Part shown: piece by piece, positions 34,976 to 45,236 of the stretch
Position numbering within the stretch: position 1 is the first letter of the stretch
How the letters are laid out: every line of letters starts with the position of its first letter
Source: Acidimicrobiales bacterium
GTDB lineage: Bacteria; Actinomycetota; Acidimicrobiia; Acidimicrobiales; CATQHL01
DNA length: 64,000 nucleotides
Assembly: GCA_965220035.1 (NCBI GenBank)
Contig: CBDCPC010000002.1
Coordinates: forward strand, 1,021,821-1,085,820
Direction: 5' to 3'
Made by a program: the position numbers and the translations under genes
The notes under the pieces: model-generated
Told to the model about the DNA's origin: nothing
Seen by the model: the letters and a program-made list of their open reading frames with translations, nothing else
Database searches by the model: none

Positions 34976-36279
34976 GTCCCGGTACTCCCGGATCGCGAGC
35001 TGCGGGGGGCCGGACCGATCGCCTCGTCGGGTTCGTACTCGAAGCTCAACCCGCCGATGCGCACCTCGTCACCGGCACGCGCTCCGGCACGCGCCAGATC
35101 CCGGTCGACGCCGAGCGCCCGTAGCCGCTCGGCCACGTAGTCCTGCGCCTGCAGGTCGGTTAGGTCGGAAACGGCCACGGCCCGGGCGGCCGGGCGGCCG
35201 AGAACCCGCCACGCGGCTCCCTCGCGCCGCACGCTGGTGGCATCGGATCCCCTGCCGGCCACGGGGCGGTGGACCACCGGTGCCCGATCAGCCACCGGTG
35301 GTGGATCGTCTTGCCTGGCTTCTCGCACGAGTCCGCTGAGGCGACCGGTGAGTTCGGCGATGCCGGCGCCCGTCACCGCTGAGACGACCATGTCGGCGCC
35401 CGGAAGGTTCTGGGTGGCCACGTCCGCCTTCGACCCGACGAGCAGGCGCCGGCGCTCCAGCAGATCGGGCCGGTAGGCGCCGAGTTCATCGGTCAGGACG
35501 CGCAGCTGGGCTTCGGGCGGCGCCTCCGCGCCGGGCCCGAGATCGATCAGCAGCACCAGGGCACGGGCCCGCTCGATGTGGCGCAGGAAGCGGTGACCGA
35601 GGCCCCGGCCCTCGCTCGCCCCCTCGATCAGCCCCGGAACGTCAGCGACCACGAACTCCTCCCCGTCTCCGGTGACCACGACGCCCAGATTCGGCACGAG
35701 GGTCGTGAAGGGGTAGTCGGCGATCTTCGGTCGGGCGGCTGAGAGACGGGAGATGAGCGTGCTCTTGCCCACATTCGGCAGCCCCACGAGCGCAACGTCG
35801 GCCAGCAACTTCAGCTCGAGCCGCAGCCAGCGCTCCTCGGTCGCTTCGCCCTGTTCGGCGAAACGCGGCGCGCGGCGCCTGTTGGAGAGGAACCGGGCGT
35901 TCCCCCGACCCCCCGCGCCGCCCGGCGCCGCCGGCCACCGCTCGCCGTGCGACGTGAGATCGGTGAGGCGCTCTCCGTCCGCTGAGAGCACGACCGTGCC
36001 CTCGGGCACCTTCACCAGCAGGTCGGCGCCGGAGACACCGTGCCGGCCCTTGCCGGATCCGTGTGTGCCGGCGGTGGCGCGACGGTGGGGATGATCACGA
36101 AACGCCAGCAGCGAGGCGATGTTGCGGTCGGCCACGAGCCACACGTCGCCGCCCCGGCCGCCGTCGCCCCCGTCAGGGCCACCGCGGTCCACGTGCGCCT
36201 CGCGGCGGAAGGACACACATCCCGCGCCGCCGTCACCACCGCGCACGCATAGCGAGCACTCGTCGACGAACTCCGACAC
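34972..36279 (-). CDS. obg: GTPase Obg/CgtA
   Basis: Obg fold N-terminus (FVDECSLCVRGGDGGAGCVSFRRE), G-domain (GLPNVGKSTLIS.. DVPGLIEGAS..). Confidence 0.9.
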   Translation of the reverse strand: MSEFVDECSLCVRGGDGGAGCVSFRREAHVDRGGPDGGDGGRGGDVWLVADRNIASLLAFRDHPHRRATAGTHGSGKGRHGVSGADLLVKVPEGTVVLSADGERLTDLTSHGERWPAAPGGAGGRGNARFLSNRRRAPRFAEQGEATEERWLRLELKLLADVALVGLPNVGKSTLISRLSAARPKIADYPFTTLVPNLGVVVTGDGEEFVVADVPGLIEGASEGRGLGHRFLRHIERARALVLLIDLGPGAEAPPEAQLRVLTDELGAYRPDLLERRRLLVGSKADVATQNLPGADMVVSAVTGAGIAELTGRLSGLVREARQDDPPPVADRAPVVHRPVAGRGSDATSVRREGAAWRVLGRPAARAVAVSDLTDLQAQDYVAERLRALGVDRDLARAGARAGDEVRIGGLSFEYEPDEAIGPAPRSSRSGSTGT

Positions 36280-36338
36280 GGGCCAAGGATACGGCGGCGC
36301 CCCCGCCGGAGCGGTGCTGCCCGATCGACGGCCGGCTG

Positions 36339-36590
36339 TCAGTCGGTGAGAATGTCCACCAACCGCCGGCGGCCGCGGGAACCGAACGCCACGCGACCGT
36401 CCGCCGTGGCGAACAGCGTGTCGTCCCCGCCACGACCGACGTTGTGGCCGGGATGGAACTTGGTGCCGCGCTGGCGCACGATGATCGAACCCGCGGTCAC
36501 CCAGGTTCCGTCGAACACCTTCACGCCGAGCCGCTTGGCGTGAGAATCTCTGCCGTTGCGGGTCGAGCCCCCGCCCTTGGTCTTGGACAT
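36339..36590 (-). CDS. rpmA: 50S ribosomal protein L27
   Basis: [24 protein letters not shown].. Confidence 0.95.
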   Translation of the reverse strand: MSKTKGGGSTRNGRDSHAKRLGVKVFDGTWVTAGSIIVRQRGTKFHPGHNVGRGGDDTLFATADGRVAFGSRGRRRLVDILTD

Positions 36591-36592
36591 GA

Positions 36593-36901
36593 CTACGCCA
36601 TCCCGATCTCGGTTATCTCGACCAGCGAGTGCCGCTGGCGGTGCCCCCAGCGCCGTCGCTGGTTGGTCTTGGACTTGTAGGTGAAGCCCCTGATCTTGGG
36701 GCCCTTGGTCTCGTCGATGATCCGGCCCTTGACCGCGACCGCCGTCAACTCCGCCGGCGTGGCCAGGACCCGGTCGCCCTCCACGAACAGCACGGGACGC
36801 AGCTCCACCACCGAGCCGGCCTCACCGAGCAACTCGGTGGTGATGACCTCACCCTCGCTGACGCGGTACTGCTTGCCACCGGTCGCCACGACTGCGTACA
36901 T
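36593..36901 (-). CDS. rplU: 50S ribosomal protein L21
   Basis: [19 protein letters not shown].. Confidence 0.95.
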   Translation of the reverse strand: MYAVVATGGKQYRVSEGEVITTELLGEAGSVVELRPVLFVEGDRVLATPAELTAVAVKGRIIDETKGPKIRGFTYKSKTNQRRRWGHRQRHSLVEITEIGMA

Positions 36902-36906
36902 AGCCT

Positions 36907-38613
36907 CTACACGCTATCGCCACGCCCGGAGCCGCCCAACAAGGACTCGTCGAGTTCGAGTCCCCAGCCGCTGCACGTGTCGCACTTTCCGGACAGGGAC
37001 TCCAGCAGCCCCTCACCGATCCGCTTCCGGCTCATCTCCACCAGCCCCAGGTTGGAGATGTCGCTGACCCGTGTGTGAGTCTTGCTCTGGGCCAGGGCAT
37101 CGCGGAGGGCACCCATGACCTTCTGGCGGTTGGCCTTGCTCTCCATGTCGACGAAGTCGACCACGATGATCCCGCCGATGTCCCGCAGACGCAGCTGGCG
37201 GGGAATCTCGGCGGCCGCCTCCAGGTTGTTCTCGAGAATGGTCTGCTCGAGACTCGTCGAACCCACGTTGCGGCCGGTGTTCACGTCGATGACGGTCATC
37301 GCCTCGGTGTGCTCGATCACGAGGGAGCCCCCGGACGGGAGCCAGACGGAGCGGTCCACGGCCTTGCGGAGCTGGCTGTAGACGTGATAGCGCTCGAACA
37401 GGTCGAGGTTCTCCTCGGAGCGGTCGTAGAAGGAGACGCGCTCGGCCAGCGCAGGAGCGACGCCCTCGACGTACCTCGAGACCGATCCGTAGAGGTCGGC
37501 GTCGTCGATCATCACGCTCCGGTAGTCGGTGGTGAACTCCTCACGGATGACCCGCAGCGCCACGTCGGGCTCGCGATACAGCAGCGACGGCGCCTTGGAG
37601 CGCTTGGCCAGCGCGTCGATCTGGTCCCACTGCGACACCAGCCGCAGCACGTCCTGGCGGATCTCCGCGGAGGTGACGCCGTCGGCGGCGGTCCGCACGA
37701 TGACGCCGTGTTCGGGCGGCTTGACGTTGTCCAGGATGCGCCGCAGGCGGCGGCGCTCCTTGTCGGCGAGGCGCTTGGAGATGCCGTAGGCGTCGCTGTT
37801 GGGGACGAGGACGACATAGCGGCCCGCCAGGGACACCTGCTGCGTGAGCCGGGCGCCCTTGTGGGCAATCGGGTTCTTCGTGACCTGGCAGAGGACCCGC
37901 TGGCCGACTTTCAGGGCCTGCGAGATCTGGGGGCGGCTGGAGCGTTCCAGATCCTCGGCATCGAATTGGACGTCGCCCCGGTACATGATGGCGTTCTTGG
38001 GCGTCCCGATGTCGACGAACGCCGCCTCCATGCCCGGCAACACGTTCTGGACACGGCCGAGGTAGATGTTCCCGTAGATCTCGGTGGTGTCGTTGGCGGG
38101 GCGTGACACGTAGTACTCCACGAGCGCCCGACCCTCCAGGACCGCCACGTGGGTGGCGTCGGCCGTGACGTGAATGGCCATGAGGTAGCGGCCCACCGGG
38201 CGACCCTTGCGAGCTCGCCCTCGTCGCTTGGCCAGCGTCTCGGCGTCCAGTTCGACCGGCTCACCGGTGGTCAGCGCCTCGACGGGCTTGTGCTTCTGCC
38301 CACCGCGAGAGCCCGAACCGCGGCCGCCCCGGCGGCGGCGACGGCCGCCGGACCGCGACCCGCTCCGGTTGCCGCCGTCACGCGTGGGGCTCTGGGATCC
38401 CGAGGGTGGCTTCTGGGGGTCCGGCGACGCAGGAGCCGGCCGGCTGTCGCCGATACGGGGCTTGCGACTTGATGCGCCAGCGGCACCGGCAGGCGCGCCG
38501 GTCCGTTCTCCGCCGGCGGGGGAACCGGCGCCGGCCGCTCGACCGTTCCCCGGTTTGGTTGATTCAGTACGGCGTTTGGAGGACTCGGCGTCCGTCTTGG
38601 GGGACGATGACAT
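36907..38613 (-). CDS. rne: RNase E/G family ribonuclease
   Basis: Disordered R/S/G-rich N-terminus, then an S1 domain and the catalytic DNase-I-like region (..LVIEHTEAMTVIDVNTG..). It sits upstream of rplU-rpmA as in other actinobacteria. Confidence 0.85.
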   Translation of the reverse strand: MSSSPKTDAESSKRRTESTKPGNGRAAGAGSPAGGERTGAPAGAAGASSRKPRIGDSRPAPASPDPQKPPSGSQSPTRDGGNRSGSRSGGRRRRRGGRGSGSRGGQKHKPVEALTTGEPVELDAETLAKRRGRARKGRPVGRYLMAIHVTADATHVAVLEGRALVEYYVSRPANDTTEIYGNIYLGRVQNVLPGMEAAFVDIGTPKNAIMYRGDVQFDAEDLERSSRPQISQALKVGQRVLCQVTKNPIAHKGARLTQQVSLAGRYVVLVPNSDAYGISKRLADKERRRLRRILDNVKPPEHGVIVRTAADGVTSAEIRQDVLRLVSQWDQIDALAKRSKAPSLLYREPDVALRVIREEFTTDYRSVMIDDADLYGSVSRYVEGVAPALAERVSFYDRSEENLDLFERYHVYSQLRKAVDRSVWLPSGGSLVIEHTEAMTVIDVNTGRNVGSTSLEQTILENNLEAAAEIPRQLRLRDIGGIIVVDFVDMESKANRQKVMGALRDALAQSKTHTRVSDISNLGLVEMSRKRIGEGLLESLSGKCDTCSGWGLELDESLLGGSGRGDSV

Positions 38614-38628
38614 TCAGTAGTTCCCTTC

Positions 38629-39396
38629 TCATCGCGCGCAGACCTCGGGCTGCGCAGCGGGAGCGGCCCGGCACCCGGCCGCGGCAAGTGCTTCACCGGC
38701 CGGCTTCAGCACGCCGGCCTGGGGAGCAAGCGGCTCGCACCGTTCGCCGTCCCGCATGATCCATTGGTGCAGCCGCCGGACACGTCCGGCAGGCAGCGGG
38801 GGGGCGGTGAGGCGCAGGAATTCTGCGGGCCGCACCGCCCGGGGTTTCGTGCCGAGTTCGGCAACGAGGACGCTCCCGGAGGGGGCGTCGGTCAGTCGTA
38901 AGGAGCCGACGGCCGGTCGCACGTCGGAGGTGATGCTTCGGCCTTTGCGCTCGCGCTGCAGCGGGAGGCTCTCCGCCGAACGCACCCGCTCGACCCAGCC
39001 GGCGGCGAACCCACGATCCGCGCCGGCCAGCGCGAACTCCCAGGTGCAACTCGTGACCGCCTCCTGCAGCGACGCGGTTCCGGGGACCAACGGGTAGGCG
39101 TCGGTGACCGCCATGCCGTCGGGCAGCGTGGCCGTGAGCCGTTCGGGCAGGTCCACGGCGCAAGCGGCAACCTCCTCGGGCGACAGCCGCAGATCCACGT
39201 CGAGGTACTCGGCGACCGACTCCTGCCCGGTCGCGAGGGCGAGACCGAAGGAGATCCGCGGCCGCGGGGTGAACCCCTGCGTGTAGGACACCGGCAACTC
39301 CGCGCGCCGCACGGCGCGTTCCCAGATCCGGGCGGAGTCGCGATGACCGCAGAAGCGGATCCTCCCCTGCTTGGTCCAGCGCAGACGCACTCTCAC
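38629..39396 (-). CDS. TIGR03936-family (DUF2344) radical-SAM-linked protein
   Basis: VRVRLRWTKQGRIRFCGHRDSARIWERA.. The GTG start overlaps the stop of the upstream radical SAM gene (GTGA). The maximal ORF 38629..40554 is rejected. Confidence 0.7.
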   Translation of the reverse strand: MRVRLRWTKQGRIRFCGHRDSARIWERAVRRAELPVSYTQGFTPRPRISFGLALATGQESVAEYLDVDLRLSPEEVAACAVDLPERLTATLPDGMAVTDAYPLVPGTASLQEAVTSCTWEFALAGADRGFAAGWVERVRSAESLPLQRERKGRSITSDVRPAVGSLRLTDAPSGSVLVAELGTKPRAVRPAEFLRLTAPPLPAGRVRRLHQWIMRDGERCEPLAPQAGVLKPAGEALAAAGCRAAPAAQPEVCAR

Positions 39397-41375
39397 GACA
39401 CACCTGCCAGCGGCGCGGCGGCCCGCAGGCGCACCGGCACCGGCCCGGGCTGCAGGAGATTCTGGCCCGTGCCCTGAGAGCCCCCGGCCGGCGGCACCGC
39501 CGACGCCACGACGTGCTCGATGCCGTAGCCCGTGCAGGCCCCGCAGTCGTAGCACGGCGTCCAGCGACAATCCTCCAGACCGGACTCGGCCAGTGCGTCC
39601 TGCCAGTCCTGCCAGAGGAAGTCCTTGTGCAGGCCTGCCGAGAGGTGGTCCCAGGGCAGCGCCTCGCCGCCGTCCCGATGCCTGTAGGCGTAGTCCTCGA
39701 CGGACAGCCCGTGCCGGCTCATGGCGTCCAGCCACAGGTCGTAGTCGAAGTGTTCCGACCACTCCTGGAAGGTTCCGCCGGCTCGCCAGACCTCCTCGAC
39801 GACCGCACCGAGCCGGCGGTCGCCGCGACTGGCCAGACCCTCCACGAGCGTGGCCTCGGGGTCGTGCCACTTCAGCTTGACGCCCCGGTCGCGGCGCAGG
39901 TCGTCGGCCAGCAGCGCCACCTTGCGGCGGAGTTCGGCGACGGTGTTCTGGCCGAACCACTGGAACGGCGTCTGCGGCTTGGGGACGAAGCCCCCGACCG
40001 AGACCGTCACCGATGCGCCCCGGACATGGCGGCGGCCCAACTCGACACAGCGCCGCGCCAGGGCGGCGATGCCCAGGACGTCCTCGTCGGTCTCGGTCGG
40101 CAGGCCCACCAGGAAGTACAGCTTGACCCTCCGCCATCCCTGGGAGTAGGCGCCCTCGACCGCCGCGTCGAGGTCGTCGGTGCTGATGAGCTTGTTGATC
40201 ACCTGGCGGAGGCGCCACGAGCCGGCCTCGGGGGCGAAGGTCAGCCCGGTGCGCCGCGCTCGCTGCAGCTGAGCGGCGAGACCCACGGTGAAGGCGTCCA
40301 CGCGCAGGCTCGGCAAGGACACCGAGACGGCCGGACAGCCCGCACCGCCGGCGCTGTCGGCGGGTCCCACGGTGTCCGCCACGAGTTCCTCGATGCCGCT
40401 GAAGTCGGCGGTCGACAGCGACGTGAGGGCGACCTCGTCGTAGCCGGTCCGTTGCAGGCCATCGGCGATCATGGTTCGGACCTGTGCCGCCGGGCGCTCG
40501 CGCACGGGTCGGGTGATCATGCCTGCCTGGCAGAAGCGACAGCCCCGCGTGCACCCGCGGAACACCTCCACGTTGAGGCGATCGTGCACCACCTCCGTGA
40601 GGGGGACCAACTGCCGCTTCGGATACGGCCAGTCCCCGAGCGAGGCGATCGTCCGCTTCTGGACGGTCTCGGGCGCTTCCGGCCAGCGGGGCGTCGCCGT
40701 CGTCGACAGCCCACCGAAGGTCACCTCGTAGGCGGCCGGCACGTAGACCCCGTCGATCCTCGCGAGAACTCCGAGAACCTCCCGGCGCCCTCCGGCGCGA
40801 TGGCCCGCCACAGCTTCGGTGATCTCGCTGACCACCTCCTCGCCGTCACCGAGCACGAAGAAGTCCACGAAGTCGGCGAGCGGCTCCGGGTTGAACGCAC
40901 AGTGCCCTCCGGCCCCGACCAGCAGGTCGTCCCCCGCGCGGTCAGCGGCACGCACGGCGACACCTGCCAGGTCGATCAGGTTCAGCACATTCGTGTAGAC
41001 GAGTTCGGAGGACAGATTGAACGCCAGGATGTCGAAGTCAGCGGCCGCCCGATGCGTGTCAACCGAGAAGAGGGGCAGACCATCCCGGCGCATCAGCGCT
41101 TCGAGATCCACCCAGGGGGCGTAGGCCCGCTCGGCCACCGCGTCGGGACGCTCGTTGAGGATCTCGTAGAGGATCTGCAGGCCCTGGTTGGGCAGACCGA
41201 CCTCGTAGCTGTCCGGGTAGCACAGGAGCCACGCCACCTTGCCGGGACCGTACTCCGCCGGACGGGCACCCTCCTCGCCGCCGATGTAACGCGCCGGACG
41301 CTGGACCTGATCGAGGAGAGGCTCCAAAGACGGCCATAACGAATCCACGACGTTCAGGCTACCTGCCCTGCCCAT
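39393..41375 (-). CDS. TIGR03960-family B12-binding-domain radical SAM protein
   Basis: ..VFRGCTRGCRFCQAG.. (CxxxCxxC), with a B12-binding-like N-terminal region. It is conserved upstream of rne. Confidence 0.8.
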   Translation of the reverse strand: MGRAGSLNVVDSLWPSLEPLLDQVQRPARYIGGEEGARPAEYGPGKVAWLLCYPDSYEVGLPNQGLQILYEILNERPDAVAERAYAPWVDLEALMRRDGLPLFSVDTHRAAADFDILAFNLSSELVYTNVLNLIDLAGVAVRAADRAGDDLLVGAGGHCAFNPEPLADFVDFFVLGDGEEVVSEITEAVAGHRAGGRREVLGVLARIDGVYVPAAYEVTFGGLSTTATPRWPEAPETVQKRTIASLGDWPYPKRQLVPLTEVVHDRLNVEVFRGCTRGCRFCQAGMITRPVRERPAAQVRTMIADGLQRTGYDEVALTSLSTADFSGIEELVADTVGPADSAGGAGCPAVSVSLPSLRVDAFTVGLAAQLQRARRTGLTFAPEAGSWRLRQVINKLISTDDLDAAVEGAYSQGWRRVKLYFLVGLPTETDEDVLGIAALARRCVELGRRHVRGASVTVSVGGFVPKPQTPFQWFGQNTVAELRRKVALLADDLRRDRGVKLKWHDPEATLVEGLASRGDRRLGAVVEEVWRAGGTFQEWSEHFDYDLWLDAMSRHGLSVEDYAYRHRDGGEALPWDHLSAGLHKDFLWQDWQDALAESGLEDCRWTPCYDCGACTGYGIEHVVASAVPPAGGSQGTGQNLLQPGPVPVRLRAAAPLAGVS

Positions 41376-41391
41376 AGCCGATGTCGACCGG

Positions 41392-42552
41392 TCAGGTGGC
41401 GCGCACGAGGTGACGCCGCATCGAGACGTTCAGCACGATGCCCAGGGCCATCATCGTGGTCAGGATCGAGGATCCGCCGTAGGACAGCAGCGGCAGCGGG
41501 ATACCGATCACCGGCATGATGCCCGCGGCCATTCCCACCGTCTGGAACACCTGGAACAGGATCATGCAGAGCACCCCGGTGGACAGGAGTGAGCCGAAGA
41601 GGTCGCCCGCGACACGCGCCGAGCGCCAGATCCGCCAGAGCAGGACCGCCAGGAGCCCGAGAACCACAACGCTGCCCAGGAAACCCAACTCCTCGCCCAG
41701 GACGGTGAAGATGAAGTCGGTTTCCTGAGCCGGCACCAGCCCGCTGCGGGTTTGCGTTCCCTGACCGTAGCCCTGACCGGTCAGACCACCGTTCCCGATG
41801 GCGATCTGAGCCTGCTCGATATTGAACGTGTCGCCGGCGTCTCCACCGGGGTTCATGATCGACTTGAGGCGCTCCCGCTGGTACTCCCGCACCAGATCCG
41901 AACCCAGGACCAACCCCAGACCGACCAGCCCGAGGGCGGTCGCCACCAGAATGTGGCGCGCCTGGGCGCCCGCCACGAGTAGGACTCCCATGGCGATGAT
42001 CGCGAACACGACGGCAGTCCCGGCATCGGGCTCCATGAGGATCAGCAGCGCCGGGCCGGCGATCAGAACCAGGGCCGTCAGGAGCTGGCGCAGGCTCATG
42101 CGCCCCCCGCAGCGTGCCGCGTAGTGGGCCAGTACCACGATCATCGCAAGCTTGGCGAACTCCGAGGGTTGCACCTGGTAACCGCCGAGCACGAACCAGG
42201 CGCGCGCGCCCTGGCGCACCGAGCCGAGCGGTGTCAGAACCAGGACGAGAGCCAGCAAGGTAACCCCGTAGAGGGGCCAGATCAGTGGTCGCAGCCGCCG
42301 GTAGTCGACGACGGCGGCAACCGTTCCCAGCAGCGCGCCGACGACGGCGAACAGCGACTGGCGCTGGAGGTAGAAGCGGCTGTAGACGTCCGGATCGATG
42401 CCGCGCGTGGCGCTGTAGATCAGCGCGATCCCGCACAGGGTGAGGGCGGCCGTCGCTGCCAGCAGGATCACGTCGACGTGAACCCACGAGGCCAGAGGAG
42501 TGACTCGCGGCAACAGGCGCCGCTTGGGCCTCACGCCGTCGGAGATGCTCAT
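41392..42552 (-). CDS. rodA: Rod shape-determining protein RodA (SEDS family)
   Basis: FtsW/RodA/SpoVE polytopic membrane protein (..QPSEFAKLAMIVVLA.. ..GIPLPLLSYGGSS..). ATG 42552 overlaps the mrdA stop. Confidence 0.85.
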   Translation of the reverse strand: MSISDGVRPKRRLLPRVTPLASWVHVDVILLAATAALTLCGIALIYSATRGIDPDVYSRFYLQRQSLFAVVGALLGTVAAVVDYRRLRPLIWPLYGVTLLALVLVLTPLGSVRQGARAWFVLGGYQVQPSEFAKLAMIVVLAHYAARCGGRMSLRQLLTALVLIAGPALLILMEPDAGTAVVFAIIAMGVLLVAGAQARHILVATALGLVGLGLVLGSDLVREYQRERLKSIMNPGGDAGDTFNIEQAQIAIGNGGLTGQGYGQGTQTRSGLVPAQETDFIFTVLGEELGFLGSVVVLGLLAVLLWRIWRSARVAGDLFGSLLSTGVLCMILFQVFQTVGMAAGIMPVIGIPLPLLSYGGSSILTTMMALGIVLNVSMRRHLVRAT

Positions 42553-44672
42553 AGCGTCCCCACCGTCAGCAGCTCCGGGAATGCCATGTCCTGGCGCGGG
42601 ATCTCCGTGGGGGCCTCCGGCACCCGATCCAGGCCGACCGCCTCGAGCACGCGACGCACCACCGGCGCCGCCCCCTCGCCGCCGAATCCGGCCTCCTCGA
42701 GCAACACCGCCACGACGTAGCGCGGCTGGGGCAGAGGCCCGAACCCTACGAACACCGCCGAGTCCGCCTTGCCCGGCACCTCGGCCGTGCCGGTCTTTCC
42801 CGCCACCGGCCACTCGTTGTGGGGGAAGCCCTCGAAGGAGTTGTAGGCGGTGCCGAGACGCTCGCTGGTGCGGAGAGTCGTGGCGCCCCGCATACCGTCC
42901 AGGATCGGCGCCAGCACGTCGGTAGGCGCATAGATGCGGGAGGATTCGCGCGGGAGAATCTCGTTGACCACCTCGCCGCTGATCGGATCGATCATTGCGA
43001 TCGCGATGTTGGGGAGATAGAGCTTGCCGCCGTTGGCGAACGGCGTGAACGAGTTCGCCAACTGCAGCGGCGTGACACCCAGGTCGCCCTGGCCGATGGA
43101 GATGTTGATCGTGTCACCGGTCCGCCAACCGGGGTCGGGGAAGGCTTCCGGATTGCTCTCGTGGCGGGCGCGCTTGATCTCGGCATCGGGCACGATCCCG
43201 GCGTGCTCGAACGGCAGGGCGACACCGGTCGTCCGGCCGAAGCCGAAGTCCCGAGCCGTGTGCTGGATCTGGTCGTCGACGTAGCCGAGGCGGTGCGCGA
43301 ACTGCTCCGCCAGTTTGTAGAAGTAGACGTCGCTGGAGACCGTGATCGCCATGCGAAGGTCGACATCGCCGTTGGGCGCGCGGTCGGGATTCTCGAACTC
43401 GCACTCCCCGATGCAGTCCGCCAGCACGTGGAAACCGGGGTCCTGCGTGGTCTGGTTGACCCCGAGGAACCCGTTGGGGCCGATCAGGCCCGTGGACAGA
43501 GCCGCGTAGGTGGTGATGGGCTTCATGGTCGACCCGGGCGAATAGACGCCCTGGATCGCCCGGTTGTTGAGGGGCGCGTGGCTCGCCGGGTGCAGGAACG
43601 CGGCGAACTCGTCCTCGCTGATGCCGCCGATGAAGGTGCGCGGGTCGTAGTCCGGGTAACTGGCCATCGCCAGGATGTTGCCGGTGCGTGGATCCAGCAC
43701 GACGACGGCGCCCGCCGGTGCCGGATAGGTCGCGAAGCGGTCCTCCACCGAATCATCCTGACGTTCACGGGCCTCGAGCAGGCCCCGCAGGAGTTCGTCC
43801 TCCACGACCTTCTGGAGGTCCGCGTCGATGGTGAGCACGACGTCGGTACCGGGTTGGGGCGGCCGGTAACCGCGCTCGCGAACGACATTGCCGACGTTGT
43901 CGACCTCGATCTCCCGCCATCCGGGGCTGCCGCGCAGGATGTCCTCGAACGCCAACTCCACACCCGACTTGCCGATCTCGTCCACCGTGCTGTACCGCTT
44001 CGGATGGTTCGGGCGCGCCTCGAGTTCCTCGGCGGTGACGGTGTCGATGTACCCCAGAACGTGGGCCGCCAGATCACCGTAGGGATAGACCCGCTGGGTG
44101 CGCTGGACGACTTCCACCCCGGGGAACTCCTCGTTGCGCTCCGCCAGGAAAACCTTGATGGCGTCGGAGACGCCGACGGCCAGGGGAATCCGGTCGAACG
44201 GACCGTAACTGCGGTCGGCCAGGGCCTCGGTCAGCTGCAGAGACTTGGTGAGCACGCCCGAGCGGGAGAGTTGCCGCGCCAGTTCGAGTGCCAAACGCTC
44301 CCTCTGGGCCCTGCCGATCTGATCCCGCAGGATGAACGCGTCCATGGTGACCACATTGACGGTGCGGTTTCCAACCAATTCCCTTCCCCGCACGTCGAAG
44401 ATGCGGCCTCGGGGTGCGGGCTCGGGAACCGTGCGGATGACGTTCCCGACGGCCCGTGCCACGAATTGCTCCGACACCACCACCTGCAGGTACCAGAGGC
44501 GCACCACCAGCGTGGTGAGAAGGGCCATGCCGATCACGCCCATGATGCTGAGCCGCAGCATGCGCGAGTCGAAACGGCTGAACCGTCCCCGCCTGCCGGC
44601 GGCTTCCTCCCGGTCCGGGTCGCCGCGCCCGTAGGGGGGACGGCCGGCGCCGGGCGGGACGACGGCGCTCAT
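42549..44672 (-). CDS. mrdA: Penicillin-binding protein 2 (class B transpeptidase)
   Basis: PBP dimerisation and transpeptidase domains (..GSTMKP.. SxN ..KTGTA..). The start was placed at ATG 44672, overlapping the mreD stop; the ORF maximum is 44747. Confidence 0.85.
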   Translation of the reverse strand: MSAVVPPGAGRPPYGRGDPDREEAAGRRGRFSRFDSRMLRLSIMGVIGMALLTTLVVRLWYLQVVVSEQFVARAVGNVIRTVPEPAPRGRIFDVRGRELVGNRTVNVVTMDAFILRDQIGRAQRERLALELARQLSRSGVLTKSLQLTEALADRSYGPFDRIPLAVGVSDAIKVFLAERNEEFPGVEVVQRTQRVYPYGDLAAHVLGYIDTVTAEELEARPNHPKRYSTVDEIGKSGVELAFEDILRGSPGWREIEVDNVGNVVRERGYRPPQPGTDVVLTIDADLQKVVEDELLRGLLEARERQDDSVEDRFATYPAPAGAVVVLDPRTGNILAMASYPDYDPRTFIGGISEDEFAAFLHPASHAPLNNRAIQGVYSPGSTMKPITTYAALSTGLIGPNGFLGVNQTTQDPGFHVLADCIGECEFENPDRAPNGDVDLRMAITVSSDVYFYKLAEQFAHRLGYVDDQIQHTARDFGFGRTTGVALPFEHAGIVPDAEIKRARHESNPEAFPDPGWRTGDTINISIGQGDLGVTPLQLANSFTPFANGGKLYLPNIAIAMIDPISGEVVNEILPRESSRIYAPTDVLAPILDGMRGATTLRTSERLGTAYNSFEGFPHNEWPVAGKTGTAEVPGKADSAVFVGFGPLPQPRYVVAVLLEEAGFGGEGAAPVVRRVLEAVGLDRVPEAPTEIPRQDMAFPELLTVGTL

Positions 44673-45208
44673 CGCCCCGCGTCGGTTTGCATGGTTCGCG
44701 CCGAACGTGGTGGCGGGATCGTGGTCACCGTCTGGCTCCAGGCCCATCGCACGAGTCGCAGCGTCACCGCCGCCAGGACGACCGACCAGAGTTCGACCAC
44801 ACCGAGGGTCACCAGGAAGCGATCGGTGTAGAGGTGATCCTGGCCGACCACCTCACCGGCGAGGACGTAGAGGCACAGACCCAAGGCGCTGAACGGTGGC
44901 ACCAACCACCACATTCTGACCATGTAGCCCTGCAGGAGCCCGGAGGCGGCAGCCACGAGGGCGTAGGCGAAGGCGGCGAGACCGAGGGGAGTGCCCGCCA
45001 CGAGGTCGTAGAGCAGGCCGGCCGCGAACCCGAGCCGCAGGCCCCGCCACGAGCCTCCCACCAGACCGCCGGCCACCGCCAGCACCAGCAGCGGCTCCGA
45101 GGCTCGACCGTAGATCCGCAGGCCGTCGAGGACGCCCACCTGCAGGACGAACACGGAGAAAAGCACGAGAGCCGACCGGAACACGAGCCGGATCTTCTCG
45201 GCGGTCAC
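44669..45208 (-). CDS. mreD: Rod shape-determining protein MreD
   Basis: 179-aa polytopic membrane protein located between mreC and mrdA. Confidence 0.7.
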   Translation of the reverse strand: MTAEKIRLVFRSALVLFSVFVLQVGVLDGLRIYGRASEPLLVLAVAGGLVGGSWRGLRLGFAAGLLYDLVAGTPLGLAAFAYALVAAASGLLQGYMVRMWWLVPPFSALGLCLYVLAGEVVGQDHLYTDRFLVTLGVVELWSVVLAAVTLRLVRWAWSQTVTTIPPPRSARTMQTDAGR

Positions 45209-45236
45209 CGCGAACCCCGGCCGTCACAGGGCATTG

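Noticed and set aside
39397-40554. Upstream extension of the ORF 38629..40554
   Set aside because: The Arg/Gly/Pro-rich translation is antisense to the radical SAM TIGR03960 gene. The real TIGR03936 protein starts at GTG 39396, with a GTGA overlap.
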